Shown piece after piece: positions 24,400 through 30,339 of a stretch of 30,339 nucleotides of DNA; positions within the stretch are counted from its first letter, which is position 1, and every line of letters starts with the position of its first letter. The notes under the pieces were generated by a model. It was given only the letters and a program-made list of their open reading frames with translations, had not been told where the DNA came from and ran no database searches. A program made the translations under genes and the position numbers. This stretch comes from a virus (lineage: Duplodnaviria; Caudoviricetes), in IMG/VR virus record IMGVR_UViG_3300012921_000065, positions 1-30,339 of that record. One strand, given 5' to 3'.

Positions 24400-24623
24400 T
24401 TGCGGAGAACCTCTTTGACCAAAGAAATCATCGCGCCATCAATAGGAATTCGCCTCGCATCGGCGGCGCCATTACGCCAGCCATGCCAATAGCTTTTACT
24501 GCGGTTGTCGCCCGGCTCGGGGTCGCCATCAAACCCATCGCGATAACCATCAAGCATCTCTTTTTCATCTAGAGACGCAAGTTCTGCCACCGTCGAAACT
24601 GGCGCGCGGATATCAGCGTTCAT
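24396..24623 (-). CDS. hypothetical protein (75 aa)
   Basis: Coupled on both sides; GYRDG...SYWHGWRNG. Confidence 0.75.
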   Translation of the reverse strand: MNADIRAPVSTVAELASLDEKEMLDGYRDGFDGDPEPGDNRSKSYWHGWRNGAADARRIPIDGAMISLVKEVLRK

Positions 24624-24766
24624 CGCGTCACCGTGATTTTGATTGCGGGTGCGCCGAGGGCAAGCGAAGCGACGTGCTGGCCAATGACAATGCCGCTGCC
24701 GATCAAAATTCCAACCGCAACATAAATCGCGCCGTATTTTGCGGCCTCAAAAATGTCTTTTTTCAT
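24620..24766 (-). CDS. small membrane protein (48 aa)
   Basis: ATGA-coupled; one hydrophobic helix. Confidence 0.6.
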   Translation of the reverse strand: MKKDIFEAAKYGAIYVAVGILIGSGIVIGQHVASLALGAPAIKITVTR

Positions 24767-24942
24767 AACCCAACCTCCTTTCCAGCGCGCCGAATCGCAG
24801 CCGCAATGCCGAGACAAACCTGTCGTTGCACAAAGCGAAAATCGCCTGGGTATTCGCTCACGCACGGCAAGTCCAGCGTGATCGCGGGCTGCTCGGCAAT
24901 GCGCGCACACGCCTCGTATATTTCCTGTGTTTGGTCGGTCAT
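24763..24942 (-). CDS. hypothetical protein (59 aa)
   Basis: ATGA-coupled; EACARIAE...IAAAIR phage motif. Confidence 0.65.
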   Translation of the reverse strand: MTDQTQEIYEACARIAEQPAITLDLPCVSEYPGDFRFVQRQVCLGIAAAIRRAGKEVGL

Positions 24943-25100
24943 TTCTTCACCTTTTTCTTGCGCACAATCCTTACGGCGTGCGTCGAATGGCGCCCGTGAT
25001 GCGACCCCTTCGCGCCGTCGCGTGGCGTGAATCCGGGTGGTGGTTTCTTGCCGTGCGACACGCGGACCACGATCATGGTGTCGCCGGGTTTCATTTTCAT
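24939..25100 (-). CDS. small basic protein (53 aa)
   Basis: ATGA-coupled at both ends. Confidence 0.5.
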   Translation of the reverse strand: MKMKPGDTMIVVRVSHGKKPPPGFTPRDGAKGSHHGRHSTHAVRIVRKKKVKK

Positions 25101-25870
25101 GCGGCGCCGTCCAAGAACGATTGCTGTTTGGGCTTCTGCGGTGGCTCGGCAAATAGGCGCGGCTGGCGGTAGGCTTCTTCGATGCGGCGGCAGGCAATAT
25201 CGAAATAGCGCGGCTCCATTTCGATGCCGATAAACTTGCGCCCAAGTTTCGCGCACGCCACGCCCGTGGTGCCGCTTCCGGCAAACGGATCGCAGATGAT
25301 TTGCCCGAACGCCGTAAAATCGGAAACAAGTTCGGACATTAGCGCGACGGGTTTTTCCGTGGGGTGTTCGCCATGCCGAAGTCCGCCGTTGACGCAATGC
25401 GTGTAAACGCCACGCTTGCCGCCACTGTTCCAGCGCGCATGCCCAGCGCCGCACCACGCCGAGACAAAGCACTCCGCGCCCTGCGCTGGCCCCTGGCCGT
25501 TTAACTGCGGCGTCGAGTCCGGCTTCACCCATATGCACGCGCGCTTATATTTCATGCGCGACGGGTTGATCACGTCGGCCCACTTGGCAACGCCCTCGAT
25601 TGTGCAAAAAGCAATAAACCAGCCGCCGCAAACGCTCGCGGCTTCGCTGACAAAGGCTGTGCGTATATCGTCAATCGGCGCAAAATCAAGGCCGCGAAGA
25701 TCCGGCCCCGAGTCTACGCGGGCGGGTCCGCGTAGACTATTCTTGCTGGCATGAAGTGATGCTTCGTATGGCGGGTCGCAAATCACATGGTCAACTCGCC
25801 CAAGCGTCGGCAGCACTTGGAGACAATCCCCGAGATACAGCGTCGCGTCTCCAATCGTTTCAACGCGCAT
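25097..25870 (-). CDS. orphan DNA methyltransferase (N6-adenine/N4-cytosine, beta class)
   Basis: GDCL, DPPY, HPTEKP, DPFAGSGTT, IGIE motif order; no partner nuclease. Confidence 0.92.
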   Translation of the reverse strand: MRVETIGDATLYLGDCLQVLPTLGRVDHVICDPPYEASLHASKNSLRGPARVDSGPDLRGLDFAPIDDIRTAFVSEAASVCGGWFIAFCTIEGVAKWADVINPSRMKYKRACIWVKPDSTPQLNGQGPAQGAECFVSAWCGAGHARWNSGGKRGVYTHCVNGGLRHGEHPTEKPVALMSELVSDFTAFGQIICDPFAGSGTTGVACAKLGRKFIGIEMEPRYFDIACRRIEEAYRQPRLFAEPPQKPKQQSFLDGAA

Positions 25871-25874
25871 TGCG

Positions 25875-26003
25875 TCAAACCCTCGCCTTAAGCATCGCCG
25901 TCGTGAACTTGCGCAAGCGTTTCGCAGCCGCGCCATTGTCGGCCTGCGGTCGCGCACGGGCCGCGCGGATCAGGCGGGACCACGCCCAGTCGAAAAGGGT
26001 CAT
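25875..26003 (-). CDS. 42-aa basic peptide
   Basis: ATGA-coupled; MTLFDWAWSRLIRAARARPQADNGAAAKRLRKFTTAMLKARV. Confidence 0.5.
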   Translation of the reverse strand: MTLFDWAWSRLIRAARARPQADNGAAAKRLRKFTTAMLKARV

Positions 26004-26182
26004 TGCGCACCCGTGGGGAAGCAGCGGTAGGCTTCCGCGATCCGCCGCTTTTCAGTCATCCAGATTGCCGCTACCTCGCACGCCTCGCGTGTCGCGAAGT
26101 ACGCGGCCTCTTTCGGTTGTGCGCCGCTTAAGAGACCGGGGTTGGCGATTAGCACCCACGCTGCAATTGCCAAATTAATCAT
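26000..26182 (-). CDS. small protein with hydrophobic N-terminus (60 aa)
   Basis: GGGGAG RBS; FATREACE...C motif. Confidence 0.6.
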   Translation of the reverse strand: MINLAIAAWVLIANPGLLSGAQPKEAAYFATREACEVAAIWMTEKRRIAEAYRCFPTGAQ

Positions 26183-26196
26183 GTCGATATCTCCCC

Positions 26197-26505
26197 CTTG
26201 TGCGCGTGTTCGAATAGCGTCATCGCGCGGCCTCATCTTGCAAAACCTCAAACCGATGCCACGGGTACGGCGTATCCTTGACCTCTTTGATGCGTCCTTG
26301 GGCGGCCAATCTTTTGAGCGTCGCCCAAAGCGTACCGGTCATTTCAAAGGTTGAAACTTTCGGGTCCCGCCTAAGTGCGGCCAACACAGCATCGCCGTTA
26401 TCGTGCTGCTTTTTCGTGAGTACGGCGTTTTCGAAACTGTCGATAAAGATCACGCCTCGACGCTTACTCATTTTGCGCCTCCTTGCGCTTGTGCGCGTGT
26501 TCGAA
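26197..26505. repeat. 18-bp direct repeat CTTGTGCGCGTGTTCGAA
   Basis: Exact copies at 26197-26214 and 26488-26505, each just upstream of an RBS on -. Confidence 0.85.
26220..26471 (-). CDS. hypothetical protein, possibly winged-helix (83 aa)
   Basis: AAGGAGG RBS; LWATLKRLAAQGRIKEV. Confidence 0.7.
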   Translation of the reverse strand: MSKRRGVIFIDSFENAVLTKKQHDNGDAVLAALRRDPKVSTFEMTGTLWATLKRLAAQGRIKEVKDTPYPWHRFEVLQDEAAR

Positions 26506-26537
26506 CAGTGGCGCCGTGGGTTTCTTGCGGGCGGGTT

Positions 26538-27026
26538 TCATGCGCGCGCACTCGCTGGCACGCGGCGCAACGCGGGCGGGATATCGGGCATGTCGTCGAG
26601 CGGTGCGATGGCAGGCGCTGCAAACACTTTTGCGACCGTCGCGGGCGAAACCGTGGCCTTTGGCGTGTCGGGCGCGCGGGCGATGCGCTCCGGCTCGCTG
26701 TACGGCCCGGCCAAAATCCCGCGCACGTCGGCATAGGTCGGCAAATCCTCGTCGCGCTCCAACGGCAATTCCGATTGCTCGCCAATGCCGACTGCATCGC
26801 GGTATAGCGCGAGAACCTCGTCTTCCTCTTTGCGCGCGTCTTCCGCCATTTTGCGCAGCTTGACGACTTTGCGCATGATCTTGGTATCGAAGCCGTTGCC
26901 TTTGGCTTCCGCGTAAACCTCGCGAATGTCAATTGCGAGATCGGCTTTTTCCGCCTCCAGACGCTCGATCCGCTCGATGAACGAGAGGAGTTTTTGCGCG
27001 GCCACGCCGGGTTGTGCTTCGGTCAT
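26538..27026 (-). CDS. gapR: GapR/DUF2312 nucleoid-associated protein with C-terminal extension
   Basis: LLSFIERIERLEAEK...IREVYAEAKGNGFDTKIMRKVVKLRK...LALYRDAVG. Confidence 0.9.
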   Translation of the reverse strand: MTEAQPGVAAQKLLSFIERIERLEAEKADLAIDIREVYAEAKGNGFDTKIMRKVVKLRKMAEDARKEEDEVLALYRDAVGIGEQSELPLERDEDLPTYADVRGILAGPYSEPERIARAPDTPKATVSPATVAKVFAAPAIAPLDDMPDIPPALRRVPASARA

Positions 27027-27038
27027 TGGCTTTGCCCC

Positions 27039-27335
27039 TTAAATCACGCGATGGAGGGCCGCATTCATCGCGGCGATGCGCGACGCGGCATCGCGAACAA
27101 TGTCGCTTTGCACGTTGACGGCGTAAATCAAGCCGCCCGGCATGGGGGCGCTCAGTTTCGCGGATTCTGTCGCGGGGTGGTCCCCAACCAATCGCGAAAC
27201 GGCTGCTTCGAGGCCGCAAATCTCGGCGATGAGCACCGCCGTTGCGTTTTCGAGCGCAGAAAACGGCGTTTCGCGGGCTAGCGGGCGATTGTCGATTTGT
27301 CCAACGTATAGGCTTTTTTCGGCGGCGTTCAACAT
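27039..27335 (-). CDS. helical hypothetical protein (98 aa)
   Basis: CAGGAG RBS before ATG at 27335. Confidence 0.65.
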   Translation of the reverse strand: MLNAAEKSLYVGQIDNRPLARETPFSALENATAVLIAEICGLEAAVSRLVGDHPATESAKLSAPMPGGLIYAVNVQSDIVRDAASRIAAMNAALHRVI

Positions 27336-27359
27336 GATGGCGTTCTCCTGATTTTCGGT

Positions 27360-27504
27360 TGCGGTAAGGATCGCGGTTAGTCGCGGCATAAATCAAAGTC
27401 CCATTGTTAAACGGCTTGATGTGCCACGAGCTTCGAGACAGAAGCGGAAAATCCGCATCATCTACGATTGCCACATATCCATGATTTATTTTCATCTCGA
27501 TCAA
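27360..27504 (-). pseudogene. N-terminal remnant of an HNH/AP2-type homing endonuclease
   Basis: MIEMKINHGYVAIVDDADFPLLSRSSWH...YA matches the usual N-terminus; no HNH motif follows; AT-rich. Confidence 0.55.
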
Positions 27505-27830
27505 GCAGCGGCCTCCGCCATTTCCAAAGCCTTGCGGCCAAGTTCAAGCGCGCGGCGGTCACGCGGCGAAAGGATCGCCGCTTCCTCGTAAACCTCTGCG
27601 ACGAACGCAGGGCCAAACAGGCGCATGAGCGCGTAAACATCGACGGCGGATAGCTGCGATTCGCCGCGCATCAATCGAAGCGCCGTGTCTTCGGACTTGC
27701 CGAGCGCGTGCGCCAGTTGCTTGGCGTGCAGCCCGCTATGTGGATACATGCGGCGCGCCAGGGCCACGCGTGCGCGGTCCAGAAACACGCTCATTGCGCG
27801 CCCCCGCATTTTTGCGGATCGGGTTGGCAT
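27501..27830 (-). CDS. CII-like HTH transcriptional regulator
   Basis: AKQLAHALGKSEDTALRLMRGES HTH; downstream of cro; alternative start at 27794. Confidence 0.7.
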   Translation of the reverse strand: MPTRSAKMRGRAMSVFLDRARVALARRMYPHSGLHAKQLAHALGKSEDTALRLMRGESQLSAVDVYALMRLFGPAFVAEVYEEAAILSPRDRRALELGRKALEMAEAAA

Positions 27831-27833
27831 ACT

Positions 27834-27881
27834 TGCCTGCCTTTCTGTTGCACGTTAAGGGCAACAGAAAGCGAGCAGGCA
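27834..27881. promoter_or_regulatory. long inverted repeat occluding the cII-like RBS
   Basis: TGCCTGC-CTTTCTGTTGC / GCAACAGAAAG-(CGA)-GCAGGCA, 18 bp in total. Confidence 0.7.
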
Positions 27882-28080
27882 TGATCGAGAAGCGCAGCAG
27901 AACGGGCCTCAATGCGGACGGCTTGGCGGCAGACGGCATCGAGGCTCAAGGCAAACGGAAACCGGGCGACAGCATTCGCGCAACCGAAGCGCCGCCGCCC
28001 GGCAGCGGCCCCTCAAGCGACGGGACGCGGGGCTTGCGACCGATTGGGCACGCTATCTGGCGCGCGGTGAATCGATTGCG

Positions 28081-28317
28081 TCATAGCGCAAACCGCAGCC
28101 GGTGAACGCGCGCGGCGGGCAATGGGCGCGCCTTGACGCGAACAACTTTCTTGCCGCGTCGCAACTTGCCGGGGATAAAATCGCGCGCGAAGCGACTGCG
28201 GCGATCCACGGCCTGCCGCACGATATCGTCGGACCAAGCGCAATAATTCGGCCACGTCGGATCGGCCAAATGAGCGGCGTGAATTCGCGCAAGTTTTTGG
28301 CTTTCGCGGCTCGTCAT
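28081..28317 (-). CDS. basic hypothetical protein (78 aa)
   Basis: ATG at 28317 in ATGA overlap. Confidence 0.55.
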   Translation of the reverse strand: MTSRESQKLARIHAAHLADPTWPNYCAWSDDIVRQAVDRRSRFARDFIPGKLRRGKKVVRVKARPLPAARVHRLRFAL

Positions 28318-28379
28318 GCCGCCGCCTTGCCGACGCCCGAGCGCCGCGCCATACTCGACGTCCAACCCAGGAGCAAACC

Positions 28380-28760
28380 ATGCGAACGATTGCCGCCGCC
28401 GCCGCACTTCTTGCCGTCAGCGCCTGCACGCCCGCCTGGGAAACCGGACGCGAGGCCACGCGACGCGAACGGGACCAAATCTACTGGGCGTTCTACAGCG
28501 GCGGCGACGATACCCAGTGCCGCGCCAGGGCCGCGCAAAACAGCCCGCGCGCCACGGCCGAACAATTGGCGCAAATCTGCGAATGCGTGACGGTCAAATT
28601 CGTCGACAATCTGCCCGATGCCTTCGTTATCTGGGCAGCGCCGAACCCCGAACGCGCGTTCAACGACCCGAACCCGCCAGCCGAGATCAGCCGCTTGGTC
28701 GCGCGAACGTTTCCGACGATCTTGCCCAGCGCGCACGCCGCGTGCCGCCTGCTGGATTGA
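28380..28760 (+). CDS. lipoprotein (candidate superinfection-exclusion moron)
   Basis: CAGGAG RBS; signal MRTIAAAAALLAVSA-C lipobox; C..CEC..C pattern. Confidence 0.8.
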   Translation: MRTIAAAAALLAVSACTPAWETGREATRRERDQIYWAFYSGGDDTQCRARAAQNSPRATAEQLAQICECVTVKFVDNLPDAFVIWAAPNPERAFNDPNPPAEISRLVARTFPTILPSAHAACRLLD

Positions 28761-28771
28761 GGGCGGCGGCG

Positions 28772-28975
28772 TCATGCTGCCCTCGCCTTGGAGGGTTTTT
28801 CGACCGGCAGGGCATCAAAATCGCCAATGTCGAATTTAAGCCGCGTTTGCTCGGCAGCTTTGAAAAGGTCGATGCGCGCTTTGTGCGACACGCCGCGTTC
28901 GCGCCACATGCGAATGGTCTTGCGGGGATACCCGCGCGCCAGCGCAATCGTTTCTACGGTGTCCCAGGTGAGCAT
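28772..28975 (-). CDS. Cro-like regulator
   Basis: 67 aa; KTIRMWRERGVS HTH-like; divergent from the repressor. Confidence 0.75.
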   Translation of the reverse strand: MLTWDTVETIALARGYPRKTIRMWRERGVSHKARIDLFKAAEQTRLKFDIGDFDALPVEKPSKARAA

Positions 28976-28981
28976 GGCGAC

Positions 28982-29025
28982 AATATAGACACGATTTGTG
29001 TCCGCCACAAGCGCATTTTGTGTCC
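28982..29025 (-). promoter_or_regulatory. PR-like promoter with two operators
   Basis: TTGTGG-N17-TATATT; operators AGACACGATTTGTGTCC (28987-29003) and AAGCGCATTTTGTGTCC (29009-29025). Confidence 0.8.
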
Positions 29026-29049
29026 GCCGCACTATATTTTCGCAACGCT

Positions 29050-29077
29050 TTGATATTACATGCAAAACAAATAAAAT
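29050..29077 (+). promoter_or_regulatory. PRM-like promoter of the repressor
   Basis: TTGATA-N16-TAAAAT, 5 nt before ATG 29083 (leaderless). Confidence 0.6.
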
Positions 29078-29082
29078 GAATC

Positions 29083-29397
29083 ATGGCCTCACACAAAAAA
29101 ACTAAAGACGCCTACGAAAACGCCGTCGCGAGGGCAATCGGAATCGAGGTTGTCAAATGGCGCGAAAAGCGCGGACTTAGCCGCGAGAGCCTTGCGCCCG
29201 TACTGCGCTGCACGATGAGAACGGTAAAAGCGTATGAATTGGGCGCCCGGCGATTTTCGATAGCCGATATTATGAGGCTCGCGCGCACGCTGAGCGTGCA
29301 ACCCGAATCCCTGCTTATAAACGTGCCGCCGCCGCCTGCTACAATTCCCCTGGCCGTGCTTTCTGAAACTGGCCAAGTAAAAAAAATCGACGACTAA
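29083..29397 (+). CDS. CI-like XRE-family repressor (no peptidase domain)
   Basis: WREKRGLSRESLAPVLRCTMRTVKAYELGARRFS...LARTLSV HTH_3; flanked by operator pairs. Confidence 0.85.
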   Translation: MASHKKTKDAYENAVARAIGIEVVKWREKRGLSRESLAPVLRCTMRTVKAYELGARRFSIADIMRLARTLSVQPESLLINVPPPPATIPLAVLSETGQVKKIDD

Positions 29398-29425
29398 TCA
29401 AAGGCTTATATTTTTTATCCGCACT

Positions 29426-29469
29426 GGACACAAAATGTGCTTGCCCAAGACACGAATTGTGTCCATATT
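29426..29469 (+). promoter_or_regulatory. PL-like promoter with two operators
   Basis: GGACACAAAATGTGCTT (29426-42) and AGACACGAATTGTGTCC (29448-64); TTGCCC-N17-CATATT. Confidence 0.8.
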
Positions 29470-29505
29470 CTCCCCATCGCACCCAGCCACACGATGGAGA
29501 CGCAG

Positions 29506-29829
29506 ATGGACACCACGCTCACGCTTCAACTGACAATCCCGGCAGGCACAAGCCTGCTGGACGCGGCGACCAAACAATACGAGGCCGCGAATGCAATCGA
29601 AGGCGCGCGCCAGAGGATTGTGGCCATCGGCGGCTCGCTGGTCGAGGTTGCGGCCGAAAGCAATCGCGGCGGCCGTCCCCATGGCCTCCAGGGGCGGAAG
29701 CGTTCGGAGGAATCGAAAGCCAAGCAACGCGCGTATTGGGCGCAGATGAGCCCGACCGCAAAAGCGGAACGCCTTGCCAAGCTGCGCGCCGGAACCCTGC
29801 ACAGCGGCGCAAACGGGCACGCAGCCTAA
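29506..29829 (+). CDS. first PL gene; NUMOD3-like basic motif protein
   Basis: GGAG RBS; GRKRSEESKAKQRAYWA. Confidence 0.65.
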   Translation: MDTTLTLQLTIPAGTSLLDAATKQYEAANAIEGARQRIVAIGGSLVEVAAESNRGGRPHGLQGRKRSEESKAKQRAYWAQMSPTAKAERLAKLRAGTLHSGANGHAA

Positions 29830-29859
29830 CAGCGGCACCGCCGCAGATGGGAGACACAG

Positions 29860-30339
29860 ATGCCCGTGACCTCAATCAAAGCATTCAACGCAGACATGAC
29901 GTGTCGCGGCTTCCAATTCGAGCCGGGCAAGACCTATGAAGTCGCGGGCAAGATCAAGGCTTGCGAAAACGGGTTTCACGCCTGCCCCGTCGAGCATCAT
30001 CCGCTGTCGGTTCTCGAATGCTACCCGCCGACCAGCCGCTTTTACGAAGTGGTGCAGGACGGCGATACGCATGCGGACGGCACAAAGCTGGCGTCGGCGA
30101 AAATCACGGTCGGCGTCGAATTGCACTTGAGCGATCTGGCGCAGCGCGCAGTCAAATGGGTTTTCGACCGCGCGAATTGGAAAGGCGGACCTGTCGCGAC
30201 GGGCGACAATGAAGGCGCGACGGCCAGCGGCGACCAGGGCGCGGCGACGGCCAGCGGCACCCGGGGCGCGGCGACGGCCAGCGGCTGGCAGGGCGCGGCG
30301 ACGGCCAGCGGCGACCAGGGCGCGGCGACGGCCAGCGGC
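29860..30339 (+). CDS. DUF7666-like protein with 9-aa repeats (3'-truncated)
   Basis: Missing from the ORF track (no stop in window): MPVTSIKAFNADMTCRGFQFEPGKTYE...CENGFHAC...; then ATASGxxGA repeats. Confidence 0.85.
   Translation, partial: MPVTSIKAFNADMTCRGFQFEPGKTYEVAGKIKACENGFHACPVEHHPLSVLECYPPTSRFYEVVQDGDTHADGTKLASAKITVGVELHLSDLAQRAVKWVFDRANWKGGPVATGDNEGATASGDQGAATASGTRGAATASGWQGAATASGDQGAATASG
30217..30339 (+). repeat. 27-bp coding tandem repeat
   Basis: GCGACGGCCAGCGGC at 30217, 30244, 30271, 30298 and 30325 with variable hexamers. Confidence 0.92.

Noticed and set aside
25097-25870. Restriction-modification system
   Set aside because: No adjacent endonuclease; orphan methylases are common in temperate phages
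26197-26509. Alphaproteobacterial LexA box (GTTC-N7-GTTC) in the 18-bp repeats
   Set aside because: Only one GTTC half-site per copy
30217-30339. CRISPR-like repeat/spacer appearance
   Set aside because: Spacers are only 6 nt, the period is 27 nt and in frame within a CDS, and there are no cas genes

Overview
This window is most of the genome of a GC-rich temperate short-tailed (podovirus-like, P22/epsilon15-type gene order) phage or prophage. The host is probably an alphaproteobacterium, judged from a GapR/DUF2312 gene, a GTA-type 3TM holin and a DUF6362-like regulator. Reading the minus strand from right to left: a lambda-like switch (cI-like XRE repressor on +, cro-like gene on -, four 17-bp operators, divergent promoters), a + strand lipoprotein moron, a cII-like HTH gene, an HNH/AP2 endonuclease remnant, GapR, an orphan DNA methyltransferase, many small early genes, a stand-alone ClpX zinc-finger gene, a DUF1376 replication initiator with internal iterons plus a loader-like partner, a late regulator and a pR'/tR'-like unit. 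Then come the terminases, portal, scaffold, capsid, decoration protein, adaptor, nozzle, a GNAT-like protein, DNA-ejection proteins, tail fibre, a glycine-rich adhesin with its partner, and a lysis cassette. The right end breaks inside a 27-bp tandem repeat, and no integrase is in the window. The most interesting unannotated items are: a ~230-nt structured RNA candidate antisense within the lysis cassette; a hidden 27-aa membrane peptide in the P22 sieA position; a possible ClpXP-manipulation module (free ClpX ZBD, -AA versus -DD C-termini, FtsZ-tail mimic on GapR); and an antisense ORF translationally coupled at both ends across the lipoprotein moron. All family assignments come from motif recognition, not database searches.
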